Shown: positions 46,384 to 56,420 of the stretch, piece after piece | Layout: the number at the start of each line of letters is the position of its first letter | How positions within the stretch are numbered: the stretch's first letter is position 1 | From: an uncultured Rikenellaceae bacterium | GTDB taxonomy: Bacteria; Bacteroidota; Bacteroidia; Bacteroidales; VadinHA17 | DNA: 64,000 nt | NCBI GenBank assembly: GCA_964494045.1 | Contig: CAZBQM010000004.1 | Location: 35 to 64,034 of the forward strand | Reading direction: 5' to 3' | The notes under the pieces: generated by a model | The model's database searches: none | Seen by the model: only the letters and a program-made list of their open reading frames with translations | What the model was told of the DNA's origin: nothing | Program-made: the position numbers and the translations under genes

Positions 46384-47046
46384 CTATTCTTCAGCTTCTT
46401 CCTTTAAATCATCAATCATCTCCTGAAGATCCTGTTTATCATAATCATTCATCATCCGGTTCACCCTGTTCTTTGCAACCATCCCCAGAAGCATGAACAG
46501 CACCAGTAGCCCTGTCAGTATGTACATTACCAGCTTTGAGGTTTCAGCCTTGGCTTTGAGTGTCTCAACCAGACCATGGTAAAGCAGGTACAGCGTGTAT
46601 ATGTTCACGGCCAGGCCCACTATGGCTCCGAGCCAGATGTTTATGCCGGAGGTGAAACCCAGGAGTGCCGATACAGGCATCATTACCAATGCTGAGGCAA
46701 CAACCCTTGTATTTGCCTCAAAGTCGGTATTACCTTTACAGATGGAGGATATCACAAGCATGATGACAGCACCTACAAAAAGTCCAATGATAGCCGCGAT
46801 GATATACCAGACCAGGGCCATTGCCCCTATTGCCCCACCAAGGACACCGCTCGAGACGGCACCCAGACCAAGCAGGCTCCAGATAAAGACAATAACACCT
46901 GCTATAACGCCATAGATGACAGCCTTTATAAATGGTTCGATAAACCCTCCGGCTGTTTTCAGATTGGAGAAATGTACTTTCGGAGATACAAGAACTTCTT
47001 TCGATTCTGTAATAAATCCGTTAAGATCAAAGGTAGAATTACTCAT
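46384..47046 (-). CDS. YIP1-family-like multipass membrane protein
   Basis: 220 aa. Soluble N-terminus, then about five TM helices and an acidic C-terminal tail. Family assignment is from memory of Yip1-domain layout. Confidence 0.5.
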   Translation of the reverse strand: MSNSTFDLNGFITESKEVLVSPKVHFSNLKTAGGFIEPFIKAVIYGVIAGVIVFIWSLLGLGAVSSGVLGGAIGAMALVWYIIAAIIGLFVGAVIMLVISSICKGNTDFEANTRVVASALVMMPVSALLGFTSGINIWLGAIVGLAVNIYTLYLLYHGLVETLKAKAETSKLVMYILTGLLVLFMLLGMVAKNRVNRMMNDYDKQDLQEMIDDLKEEAEE

Positions 47047-47154
47047 GGTCAGATAAATTAAAGGTTACTGGAACATAGAGTTGAAAAAGAGTTATACAAG
47101 ATAAAACTATTTTTTAAACCTGAACCATGATTATAAAGAATTTTAGTCACCTGG

Positions 47155-49047
47155 CTATTCAAGATATGTGTAGCCGTAAAGTCCCGATCTGTAGTTCGAC
47201 AGGAATTCCTTACCCTCTTCCAGGGTGATTATCCCGGCCTTGACTGAAGTGGTCACCCAGGTCTCGACAGTGCGCACAAGCTTTTTAGAGTTATACTGGA
47301 CATACTCAAGCACCTCGGCAACTGTCTCTCCATCAATGACCTGATCAATCTTATAGCCGTCCTCATCAACTGAAACGTGAACTGCATTTGTGTCTCCGAA
47401 TAGGTTATGGAGGTCTCCAAGTATCTCCTGGTAAGCTCCTACAAGAAAGACACCCAGGTAATACGATTCTTTTGCCTTAAGAGGATGGACCGGGAGATGA
47501 TATGAAAGATTCGTTGTGGCAATGAAGTTGTCGATCTTACCGTCCGAATCGCAGGTCATATCCTGAATGGTGGCTGTCCTTACAGGCTCCTCATTCAGGC
47601 GGTGAATAGGCATAATCGGGAAGATCTGGTCAATTGCCCAGGCATCGGGCAGTGACTGGAAAAGTGAGAAGTTGCAGAAATATTTGTCCGACAGTATCCT
47701 TGATATCTGCCGCAGTTCATTCGGGACATGTTTGGTGAGGTTTGCAGTCTGGTAAACCCTCCTGGCCACTGACCAGAAAAGCCTTTCAATCTGTGCTCTT
47801 GTCTTTAGATCGAGAAGTCCGAGACTGAACCTGTCGAGAGCTTCCTCCCTTATCTGCTGTGCATCGTGCCATGTCTCGAGCATCTTGATCTGGTTTACAT
47901 TGTTCCACAGGGCATACATATCCCTGACGAGTTCATGATCCTGCTCATTGATAGTCTGTTCAGGATCCCACGAAGGCAGGGTGGTGGTTTCGAGAACCTC
48001 AAAGATCAGTACCGAATGATGCGCTGCAAGCGAACGGCCCGATTCCGTGATCACATTCGGATGAGGGATGTTGTTCTTGTTGCTTGCATCAACAAAGGTG
48101 CTTACTGAGTCGTTGACATACTCCTGAATGGTGTAGTTCATGCTGCTTTCGCTGTTTGACGAGCCGGTACCGTCATAATCGACCCCAAGCCCGCCGCCAA
48201 TATCGACAAACTCAACATTAAAGCCCATCTTCCTGAGTTGAACGTAGAATTCAGCGGCCTCCCTGAGAGCAACCTTGATCCTCCTGATTTTGGTAACCTG
48301 GCTTCCTATATGAAAGTGAATAAGGCGAATACAGTCGCGCATCTTATTCTTTTCAATAAAATCGATGGCCTCCAGGAGTTCGCTCGGCGTCAGACCGAAT
48401 TTACTGATGTCACCACCCGAATCTTCCCATTTTCCGCTTCCCACACTGGCAAGCTTGATCCTGATGCCAAGGTTAGGTTTTACCTTCAGGCGACGTGCAA
48501 TGGTGGCCACCAGCTTCAGTTCATTGAGCTTTTCTATGACAAGGAAAATCCTTTTACCCATCTTCTGGGCGAGAAGAGCCAGTTCAATATAGTCTTCATC
48601 CTTGTACCCGTTGCAGATAATAAGCGAATCGGGATCCGTATTGATGGCTATCACGGCATGGAGTTCAGGCTTGGAACCGGCTTCGAGACCTATGTTGAAC
48701 TTTTTACCGTGACTTACAATCTCCTCCACCACAGGCCTCATCTGGTTGACCTTAATAGGATAGATAATGAAGTTCTGGGCCTGGTAGTTATATTCCTCGG
48801 CAGCTGTCTTGAAGCACTTTGATATCGTGATGATCCTGTCATCCAGAATATCCGGGAACCTGATCAGCAAAGGAGTGGTCACGTCTGAAAGGCTCAGTTC
48901 ATCAACCAGTTCCTTAAGATCAACAGCCACCCCGTCCTTCAGAGGCTTTACCTCTACATTACCCTTTTCATTGATCGAAAAATAGTTTACACCCCAGCCG
49001 TTTATGTTATAAAGCTCGGCAGAATCTTCTATACGCCATTTTCTCAT
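47155..49047 (-). CDS. speA: biosynthetic arginine decarboxylase
   Basis: 630 aa. N-terminus W.IEDSAELYNINGWGVNYFSINEKGNV and overall length typical of SpeA (PLP fold-III decarboxylase). Confidence 0.92.
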   Translation of the reverse strand: MRKWRIEDSAELYNINGWGVNYFSINEKGNVEVKPLKDGVAVDLKELVDELSLSDVTTPLLIRFPDILDDRIITISKCFKTAAEEYNYQAQNFIIYPIKVNQMRPVVEEIVSHGKKFNIGLEAGSKPELHAVIAINTDPDSLIICNGYKDEDYIELALLAQKMGKRIFLVIEKLNELKLVATIARRLKVKPNLGIRIKLASVGSGKWEDSGGDISKFGLTPSELLEAIDFIEKNKMRDCIRLIHFHIGSQVTKIRRIKVALREAAEFYVQLRKMGFNVEFVDIGGGLGVDYDGTGSSNSESSMNYTIQEYVNDSVSTFVDASNKNNIPHPNVITESGRSLAAHHSVLIFEVLETTTLPSWDPEQTINEQDHELVRDMYALWNNVNQIKMLETWHDAQQIREEALDRFSLGLLDLKTRAQIERLFWSVARRVYQTANLTKHVPNELRQISRILSDKYFCNFSLFQSLPDAWAIDQIFPIMPIHRLNEEPVRTATIQDMTCDSDGKIDNFIATTNLSYHLPVHPLKAKESYYLGVFLVGAYQEILGDLHNLFGDTNAVHVSVDEDGYKIDQVIDGETVAEVLEYVQYNSKKLVRTVETWVTTSVKAGIITLEEGKEFLSNYRSGLYGYTYLE

Positions 49048-49402
49048 GGTCTTTTCTGTTTTCCCTTTTTTAATACATTAAAGTTCTTAAAAAAAAATAT
49101 CACCTGCAACAGTAACATTAAGGAAGACATCACTGCCTGAAACGGGACTTGCCATTTCCGGGACCTGTGCTGAAAACCTGTAAACGTTTCTGTACCTTCA
49201 GGAAAAATCCTGCAATTATAACAGTTTTTATCCTGAAAAACCATTTTTTGAACAAAAGGCAGATCAGGGGTCGGAAAATTCAGGGATTAACACATCTGCT
49301 GCCATGAGACAATAAAAAAATCATATCACTTTTAATTATTGATATTTGGTTAATATGAATATTATTGCGTACATTGCAGCCCTAATTTTAAAACACATCA
49401 AA

Positions 49403-49594
49403 ATGAACAAAGGAACAGTTAAATTTTTCAACGTGTCTAAAGGTTTTGGATTTATCAAAGACGCAGATTCGGATAACGAATATTTCGTACATGCATCCGG
49501 ATTGAAAGATCAGATCAGGGAAAATGACCAGGTTACCTTCGAACTCGCTGAAGGGAAAAAAGGAATAAATGCAGTAAATGTAAAACTTGCGTAG
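49403..49594 (+). CDS. cold-shock protein (CspA family)
   Basis: 63 aa from the ATG at 49403. RNP-1 motif KGFGFI and RNP-2-like YFVHAS. The ORF-track start at 49346 is TTG and adds hydrophobic sequence. Confidence 0.92.
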   Translation: MNKGTVKFFNVSKGFGFIKDADSDNEYFVHASGLKDQIRENDQVTFELAEGKKGINAVNVKLA

Positions 49595-49620
49595 TTTACA
49601 ATACTTGAATTTATCACACA

Positions 49621-49650
49621 AAGACTGCCTGCGGGCAGTCTTTTTTTGTT
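49621..49650 (+). terminator. rho-independent terminator after csp
   Basis: agactgcc-tgcg-ggcagtct followed by a run of 7 T. Confidence 0.8.
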
Positions 49651-49781
49651 TTCTCCGGAGCCTGAGACAACAGAACACTACCCGGAACACTGATCAGAAT
49701 TACCTTTAATGATAAGGGGATAAACGTCAAAAGTCTGCCTGTACAGAAACAGACAGACTTTTGCAGATCATAATCAGCCCT

Positions 49782-49892
49782 TTATTTGCCCTTCTCTTCC
49801 TTTTTGGCCTTTTTGGCAGCACGTTTCTCTTTGAGATTTTTTGCTGCAGGCTTCTTGTCCTTAGCTTGTTCTTTTGATTTCTCGTGTGACAT
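49782..49892 (-). CDS. possible 36-aa lysine-rich micro-protein (MSHEKSKEQAKDKKPAAKNLKEKRAAKKAKKEEKGK)
   Basis: ATG-to-TAA ORF, translated by hand and too short for the ORF track. Followed on the minus strand by a hairpin (49728-49762). No homology evidence. Confidence 0.35.
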   Translation of the reverse strand: MSHEKSKEQAKDKKPAAKNLKEKRAAKKAKKEEKGK

Positions 49893-50155
49893 AGCAATAA
49901 GTTTTTAAGAATTAAACAAGTCATTCAAATATATAAAAAACAACCGTAAACGAGAACTACTGTTGAAAAGAGACCCTTATTGTTAATAAAGAACCCTGTA
50001 CGATAGCCTTAAAGGAAACCTTAGCCGGAACATGCACCGGGATGATTTTATCACCATTATGCTGTTTTTACTATTGTATTTTAACCTTTTCCAACTTTTT
50101 AATATATTTTATTAATTTATTTACCATTTATTGCAATATTTATTAAGATATTTCT

Positions 50156-50163
50156 TATATTTG
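50156..50163 (+). promoter_or_regulatory. candidate -7 promoter box (TATATTTG) for the gltB leader
   Basis: Exact TAnnTTTG match 18 nt upstream of the short ORF and 181 nt upstream of the gltB ATG. The -33 element is weak (only a TTG at 50131-50133). Confidence 0.45.
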
Positions 50164-50180
50164 TCGAAATTTATTAAAAC

Positions 50181-50243
50181 ATGAATCATCATAATATAAA
50201 GATGGCGGCAGTTGATGCCAGGAGACTACAGCAGACTTACTGA
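50181..50243 (+). promoter_or_regulatory. candidate 20-codon leader ORF (MNHHNIKMAAVDARRLQQTY)
   Basis: ATG to TGA, translated by hand. The stop codon overlaps the 5' arm of a possible anti-terminator (50242-50250). Confidence 0.35.
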
Positions 50244-50269
50244 GAATGGTATATATTACATATAATGAA

Positions 50270-50315
50270 GGACCGTTCTCTGATGTCATAAAGAGAGAAC
50301 AGTCCTTTTTGTTTT
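50270..50315 (+). terminator. intrinsic terminator 29 nt upstream of gltB (candidate attenuator)
   Basis: ggaccgttctct (50270-50281) pairs with agagaacagtcc (50294-50305) at 11 of 12 positions, followed by tttttgtttt. There is no upstream plus-strand gene to terminate. Confidence 0.6.
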
Positions 50316-50343
50316 GCGGTACAATTAATTAATTATTAAATAT

Positions 50344-53300
50344 ATGAAAAGTGTCAGGCCCTGTCAGCAGGGATTATACAGCAGTGAATTTGAACATGGA
50401 AGTTGCGGAATAGGCTTTGTTGCCCATATAAAAGGCAGAAAATCACATTCCATTATAAGGCAGGGGCTGGAGGTTCTGGCCAACATGAACCACAGGGGAG
50501 CAGAAGGAGCCGACAGCAAGACCGGGGATGGTGCAGGAATACTTATCCAGATCCCCCGCGACTTCTACCTGATACAGGGTTATGCTCTTCCTCCTGAAGG
50601 CCGCTTCGGAACCGGAATTATCTTCCTTCCACGTGATGAGAAGGATGCCGGAAAATGCCTCGACATAATGCTTTCTATAATGAAGGAGGAAAAGACCGAC
50701 CTGATAGGCTTCAGGGAAGTACCCACGGATAATTCAGGCATAGGAGCAATAGCCAAAGCATCGGAACCGGTGATGAAGCAGATCCTGATCGGTGCCGATA
50801 TAGCACCTGAAGAACTTGAACGTAAGCTGTATATAATAAGGAAGAGAACCGAAAGGGCTGTCAGGGAATCCGATATAGTACAGAAAGATTTTTTCTATAT
50901 AACAAGCCTTTCAAACAGGGTCCTTGTCTATAAAGGAATGCTTACATCCCTGCAGCTGGGCGAATATTTTCCCGACCTTAAGGATGAACGCATGCAGAGC
51001 GCAATAGCACTGGTCCATTCACGTTTCAGCACCAACACCTTCCCTACCTGGGACCTTGCCCAGCCTTTCAGAATGCTTAGCCATAACGGCGAGATAAACA
51101 CTATAAAGGGAAACAGGTACTGGATGGAAGCACGTGAGTCAATTCTCAGATCTGACAGACTCGGCGATCTCGCCCGCATCTACCCCGTCATCGAACCAGG
51201 CAAGAGCGACTCGGCCTCACTCGACAACGTCCTTGAATTCCTTGTCATGAGCGGAAAATCACTGCCCTACGCCATGTCGATCCTTATCCCTGAATCGTTC
51301 AACCAGAAGAACCCTATATCTGACGACCTGAGAGCCTTCTATTCATATCACTCAACCTTTATGGAACCCTGGGACGGTCCTGCCTCCCTTGTCTTCAGCG
51401 ATGGTCGCTATATAGGAGGAATGCTCGACAGAAACGGCCTCAGACCATCGAGATACCTCATCACAAACAACGACCTTATTGTACTTGGATCTGAGACCGG
51501 CGTCCAGAGCTTCCCTCCTGATGAGATCAGGGAAAAAGGAAGACTAAGGGCAGGGAAGATGTTGCTCGTCGACACCCTTGAAGGGAAGATCTATCACGAC
51601 AAGGAACTGAAAACCAGGCTCGCCGGCGAATATCCCTACGCTAAATGGATAGAGCAGAACATGGTACTGCTTGAAGACATAGAGACCGGGCACCAGATCT
51701 CTCCCAGCCTTGGGGAAGACTACAACAGGTATCTTACCGCCTTCGACTATTCTCTCGAAGATACCGGCAAGATAATAAAGGAGATGGCTTCCACAGGAAA
51801 GGAACCCATCGGCTCGATGGGCAATGACGTTCCGGTAGCAGTACTCTCTCCAGGACCCGCCAGACTCTTCAGCTATTTCCGGCAGCTGTTCGCCCAGGTC
51901 ACCAACCCTCCTATCGATCCTATCAGGGAAGAGCTTGTGATGACTTTATCGGGATACCTGGGGTCATTACAGCAGAACCTTCTCGACGAGACTCCTGATC
52001 ATGTCAAGATGGTAAAATTCAAAAACCCTGTCATCTCAAACACATATTTTGAAATTGTCAGGAACCTGAAATACAAAGGATTCTCTTCATCAACCCTTTC
52101 AATGCATTTTGATGCACTGAAAGGTCCCGAAGGACTCCGGCAGGCTGTTGACAGACTCTGCCACGAGGCCGAGAAAGCCGTCGACTCAGGTAAAAACTAT
52201 ATAATCCTCACCGACCGCGGGATAAGTCCTGAGAATGCCCCCATTCCCTCACTCCTTGCAGTATCGGCGGTCCATCACCACCTGATAGCCAGGAGAAAGA
52301 GGATGCAGATCGACATAGTTGTGGAGTCGGCCGAACCCCGCGAAGTGATGCACTTTGCCCTTCTTTTCGGCTATGGCGCCAGCATCATTAATCCCTACAT
52401 GAGCTTCGCTGTAATTGATAACCTTGTTAACACCAGGACTATCCAGCTCGACTATCAGAAAGCTGAAGAGAATTATATCCATGCCATCAACAAGGGTATC
52501 CTCAAGATAATGTCAAAAATGGGCATAAGCACACTGAGGAGCTACCGTTCCTCACAGATCTTTGAGGCAGTGGGAATCCACCCCGACGTAACCGACAGGT
52601 ATTTCAGCGGTACCGTGTCGAGGATCGGTGGAATAGGCCTTGATGAAATCGCCGGGGAGGTCCTGATCCCCCATAAAAAGGCTTTCAGTGGTGAAGAGAT
52701 ACCAGCTATAGTAAATGAAGGAGCCTATTCATTCAGGAAACACGGGGAACATCACGCCTGGAACCCTGAGACGATAGCCCTCCTCCAATGGAGCACTGCC
52801 ACCGCTGACTATAAGAAATTCAAAGAGTATTCCTCAAGGGTCGACAGCGACACAGCCTCTCCCGGATTCATCAGGGGTCTGCTCAGGCTGAGGGAAAATC
52901 CCATCCCTCCCGAAGAGGTTGAACCCGCTGAGAATATAATGAGACGCTTTGTCACAGGAGCCATGTCATTCGGCTCCATAAGCCGTGAAGCCCATGAGTG
53001 TCTGGCCATAGCCATGAACAGGATAGGAGGCAGAAGCAATACAGGAGAAGGAGGAGAAGATCCTGAAAGGTTCAGACCGCTTGAAAACGGCGACAGCGTC
53101 AGAAGTGCAATCAAACAGGTCGCCAGCGGACGTTTTGGCGTTACTGCCCATTACCTGGTTAATGCCGACGAGATCCAGATCAAAATAGCACAGGGGGCTA
53201 AACCAGGTGAAGGGGGTCAGCTCCCCGGACATAAGGTTGACAAGATCATTGCCCGTACAAGGTATTCCATACCAGGTATTACCCTTATCTCACCTCCCCC

Positions 53301-54870
53301 CCACCACGACATATATTCAATCGAGGATCTGGCCCAGCTTATCTTCGACCTCAGAAACGTCAATCCGCATGCCACGATAAGTGTCAAACTGGTTTCAGAG
53401 ACTGGCGTTGGTACCATTGCGGCCGGAGTAACCAAGGCCGGCGCCGACCTCATAACAATCAGCGGTTACGAGGGTGGAACAGGCGCCAGTCCCGTGTCAT
53501 CGGTGAAACATGCCGGACTGCCGATTGAACTGGGACTCTCGGAAACCCAGCAGACCCTGGTGATGAATAACCTCAGAAGGAAGGTAAAACTACAGGCAGA
53601 CGGGCAGCTCAAGACAGGCAGGGATATTACCATTGCCGCGCTTCTGGGAGCCGAGGAATTTGGTTTCGCAACAAGTGCCCTTATAGTAATGGGCTGTGTC
53701 ATGATGCGTAAATGCCATCTTAATACATGTCCTGCAGGGATTGCCACCCAGAATCCTGAGCTAAGAAAGAGATTCATGGGAAAAGCCGATAACCTGGTGA
53801 CCTTCTTCAGGTTCCTTGCCGAAGAGGTCCGCGAAAACCTGGCGGCACTCGGGTACAGGAAACTCGATGACATCATCGGAAGGGCCGACCTGCTTGAGAG
53901 AAATCCTGCAGTTAACCACTGGAAGATAAAAAACATAGACCTCTCCCGGATCCTTACCATCCCACCCGAGGCCGCAACAAATGCCAGACGCTTTATCGCG
54001 AACGGGAAACCCGATCTTTCAGGCGTTATTGATGCTGAGCTCATAAAAGAGGCTGAGAAGGCACTTATGACAAAGGAACCCATTGTCATAGAAAGAAGCA
54101 TCAGGAATACTGACCGTACAACAGGCGCCATGCTCTCGGGTAGAATCACTGAAATCCATGGACCATCAGGACTTCCCGACAGTACTATAAAATGCAGGTT
54201 CAGGGGTTCGGCCGGCCAGAGTTTTGGGGCTTTCCTCGTGCCCGGGGTGGAACTTTTGCTTGAAGGCGACAGTAACGACTACCTGGGTAAGGGACTGTCG
54301 GGAGGACGTATCATTGTTGTACCTCCTGCCGGTTCGGTTTTTGAACCCGATAAAAACATAATCACTGGTAACACTGTCCTTTACGGAGCAACCCGGGGCG
54401 AAGCCTACATCTCCGGTATGGCCGGTGAAAGATTTGCTGTCCGTAACAGCGGCGCCACCGCTGTGGTGGAAGGAGCCGGCAACCACTGCTGTGAATATAT
54501 GACAGGAGGCCGTGTCGTGGTCCTCGGCACCACCGGAAGCAACTTCGCTGCCGGTATGAGCGGCGGGATAGCCTATGTGTTCAACGAGAATGGGAACTTC
54601 GACTACTATTGTAACATGGGAATGGTCGAACTGTCACTAGTCGAGGATCAGGCCGATATCAGGGAACTCACCGGACTAATCTCGGCCCATTACAGATACA
54701 CCGGCAGTAAAAAGGCCCGGATGATACTCGATAAGCCTGAAATCATTCCTGAGATGTTCATAAAAGTCATACCCTACGACTATAAGAAAGTACTTCAGGA
54801 ACAGAAACTCGAGGAACTCAGAACGAAGATTTCCGGGGTCGAACTTGATGTTGAATTCGGAACAAGATGA
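50344..54870 (+). CDS. gltB: glutamate synthase large subunit
   Basis: 1508 aa. N-terminal amidotransferase Cys (GSCGIGFVAHIKG), followed by central, FMN and GXGXG domains of typical length. Confidence 0.96.
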   Translation: MKSVRPCQQGLYSSEFEHGSCGIGFVAHIKGRKSHSIIRQGLEVLANMNHRGAEGADSKTGDGAGILIQIPRDFYLIQGYALPPEGRFGTGIIFLPRDEKDAGKCLDIMLSIMKEEKTDLIGFREVPTDNSGIGAIAKASEPVMKQILIGADIAPEELERKLYIIRKRTERAVRESDIVQKDFFYITSLSNRVLVYKGMLTSLQLGEYFPDLKDERMQSAIALVHSRFSTNTFPTWDLAQPFRMLSHNGEINTIKGNRYWMEARESILRSDRLGDLARIYPVIEPGKSDSASLDNVLEFLVMSGKSLPYAMSILIPESFNQKNPISDDLRAFYSYHSTFMEPWDGPASLVFSDGRYIGGMLDRNGLRPSRYLITNNDLIVLGSETGVQSFPPDEIREKGRLRAGKMLLVDTLEGKIYHDKELKTRLAGEYPYAKWIEQNMVLLEDIETGHQISPSLGEDYNRYLTAFDYSLEDTGKIIKEMASTGKEPIGSMGNDVPVAVLSPGPARLFSYFRQLFAQVTNPPIDPIREELVMTLSGYLGSLQQNLLDETPDHVKMVKFKNPVISNTYFEIVRNLKYKGFSSSTLSMHFDALKGPEGLRQAVDRLCHEAEKAVDSGKNYIILTDRGISPENAPIPSLLAVSAVHHHLIARRKRMQIDIVVESAEPREVMHFALLFGYGASIINPYMSFAVIDNLVNTRTIQLDYQKAEENYIHAINKGILKIMSKMGISTLRSYRSSQIFEAVGIHPDVTDRYFSGTVSRIGGIGLDEIAGEVLIPHKKAFSGEEIPAIVNEGAYSFRKHGEHHAWNPETIALLQWSTATADYKKFKEYSSRVDSDTASPGFIRGLLRLRENPIPPEEVEPAENIMRRFVTGAMSFGSISREAHECLAIAMNRIGGRSNTGEGGEDPERFRPLENGDSVRSAIKQVASGRFGVTAHYLVNADEIQIKIAQGAKPGEGGQLPGHKVDKIIARTRYSIPGITLISPPPHHDIYSIEDLAQLIFDLRNVNPHATISVKLVSETGVGTIAAGVTKAGADLITISGYEGGTGASPVSSVKHAGLPIELGLSETQQTLVMNNLRRKVKLQADGQLKTGRDITIAALLGAEEFGFATSALIVMGCVMMRKCHLNTCPAGIATQNPELRKRFMGKADNLVTFFRFLAEEVRENLAALGYRKLDDIIGRADLLERNPAVNHWKIKNIDLSRILTIPPEAATNARRFIANGKPDLSGVIDAELIKEAEKALMTKEPIVIERSIRNTDRTTGAMLSGRITEIHGPSGLPDSTIKCRFRGSAGQSFGAFLVPGVELLLEGDSNDYLGKGLSGGRIIVVPPAGSVFEPDKNIITGNTVLYGATRGEAYISGMAGERFAVRNSGATAVVEGAGNHCCEYMTGGRVVVLGTTGSNFAAGMSGGIAYVFNENGNFDYYCNMGMVELSLVEDQADIRELTGLISAHYRYTGSKKARMILDKPEIIPEMFIKVIPYDYKKVLQEQKLEELRTKISGVELDVEFGTR

Positions 54871-54916
54871 CAAAAAACACACTAACATATAAAGCAACTA
54901 TTTATTTATCAATATA

Positions 54917-56335
54917 ATGGGAGACATTACAGGATTTCTTAAGATAAAAAGAAAAGAAGCAGGAAACCGTCCCCTGCACGAAAGGATATGCGACTTCAGC
55001 GAGGTTGAACAGGTTCTTAACAGTGAGGACCGCATGCTTCAGGCCTCACGATGCATGGATTGTGGCATTCCGTTCTGCCACTGGGCCTGCCCTGTCGATA
55101 ACCTTATACCCGAATGGAACGACCTGCTTTACAGGGGAGACTGGCGTAGCGCCTACGACAGGCTTCACTCAACAAACAACTTCCCTGAGTTTACAGGCAG
55201 GATATGCCCTGCCATTTGCGAACATGCCTGCGTCCTTAATATAAACCACGAAGCGGTAACCATCAGGGAAAATGAGGTTGCCATTGTAGAAAAAGCATGG
55301 GCCGAAGGCTATATCAGGCCTGCTCCCCCAAAAAACAGATCAGGTAAAAGGGTGGCCGTAATAGGCAGCGGTCCCGCCGGAATGGCCGCCGCCGACACTC
55401 TTAACAAAAAAGGACACCTTGTTTCACTCTTTGAAAAGGACCAGAAGGCGGGCGGACTGCTCCGCTACGGGATACCCGACTTCAAACTGAGCAAGGCCAC
55501 TATTGACCGGCGGCTTGATCTGATGATCAGTGAGGGTCTGAATCTCCAGACCGGCATCTGTATAGGCAGTGACATACCGGCTGCCGGATTCGTCAGTCAG
55601 TTCGATGCAGTCTGCATAACTACGGGCTGCGGCCAACCAAGGGATTTGGATATCGAAGGGAGAGACCTGAAGGGCATCCTGTTCGCCCTCGACTTCCTCT
55701 CATCGCAAAACAGGATCAATTCCGGGGAATCCAACCCCACCCCCGGCCGTATCACCGCCGAAGGGAAAAAAGTACTTGTCATAGGAGGAGGCGATACCGG
55801 ATCCGACTGTGTGGGAACCTCCATCCGCCAGAAAGCACAGAGTGTCACCCAGATAGAAATAATGCCAAAACCTCCCGCCTCAAGAACTCCTGGCAACCCG
55901 TGGCCATGGTATGCCAGAGTGCTCAAGACATCCACCTCGCACGAAGAGGGCTGTACAAGAATGTGGAACCTCGCAACACTTCGCTTCACGGGCAGCAACG
56001 GAACCGTCAGTGGCGCTGAGGTGGAAGAGGTCGAATGGATACAACAAAACGGCAGGATGGTAATGAAGCCCATACCCGGCACAGCAAGAACTATTGAAGC
56101 CGACCTTGTGCTGCTTGCCCTCGGATTCGTCCACCCGGTACTCGATGGACTTATCTCGGAACTCGAAGTCGAACTCGATGCAAGAAAAAATGTGAGGACA
56201 AACGACGGGTTATCAACAAGTGTGCCAGGTATCTTCGCTGCAGGAGATACCACAACGGGGGCTTCCCTCGTCGTGAATGCCATTGCATCGGGACGGAAAG
56301 CCGCCTTCAGTATCGACAGCTTCCTCCGGAGCTGA
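54917..56335 (+). CDS. gltD: glutamate synthase small subunit (NADPH-dependent)
   Basis: 472 aa. Fe-S cysteine clusters (CMDCGIPFCH, CPAICEHAC) and dinucleotide fold VAVIGSGPAGMAAA. Confidence 0.94.
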   Translation: MGDITGFLKIKRKEAGNRPLHERICDFSEVEQVLNSEDRMLQASRCMDCGIPFCHWACPVDNLIPEWNDLLYRGDWRSAYDRLHSTNNFPEFTGRICPAICEHACVLNINHEAVTIRENEVAIVEKAWAEGYIRPAPPKNRSGKRVAVIGSGPAGMAAADTLNKKGHLVSLFEKDQKAGGLLRYGIPDFKLSKATIDRRLDLMISEGLNLQTGICIGSDIPAAGFVSQFDAVCITTGCGQPRDLDIEGRDLKGILFALDFLSSQNRINSGESNPTPGRITAEGKKVLVIGGGDTGSDCVGTSIRQKAQSVTQIEIMPKPPASRTPGNPWPWYARVLKTSTSHEEGCTRMWNLATLRFTGSNGTVSGAEVEEVEWIQQNGRMVMKPIPGTARTIEADLVLLALGFVHPVLDGLISELEVELDARKNVRTNDGLSTSVPGIFAAGDTTTGASLVVNAIASGRKAAFSIDSFLRS

Positions 56336-56383
56336 AAGATCTTTGTGCTGACATACCTCTGCAATCATTTGTCCGTGAGGTCA

Positions 56384-56420
56384 AGGGGCTGAAAGGAGAC
56401 ATCCTCTCAGCCCCTTTTTA
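56384..56420 (+). terminator. rho-independent terminator after gltD
   Basis: aggggctga ... tcagcccct forms a 9-bp stem followed by ttttt. Confidence 0.75.

Noticed and set aside
48238-48822. 194-aa plus-strand ORF inside speA
   Set aside because: It is antisense to the well-supported speA. A shadow ORF.
49727-49924. 65-aa minus-strand ORF from the ORF track between csp and gltB
   Set aside because: The sequence is Arg/Lys/Leu-rich noise that overlaps, in another frame, the more coherent 36-codon lysine-rich ORF. Neither is proven. I list only the latter, at low confidence.
53466-54149. 227-aa minus-strand ORF inside gltB
   Set aside because: It lies entirely antisense to a highly conserved, motif-rich gltB segment, has Ser/Ala/Pro-rich low-complexity composition, and is typical of the shadow ORFs found in GC-richer genes.
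55597-56364. 255-aa minus-strand ORF inside gltD
   Set aside because: It is antisense to gltD, whose Fe-S and FAD motifs are clear. It has no recognisable motifs. A shadow ORF.
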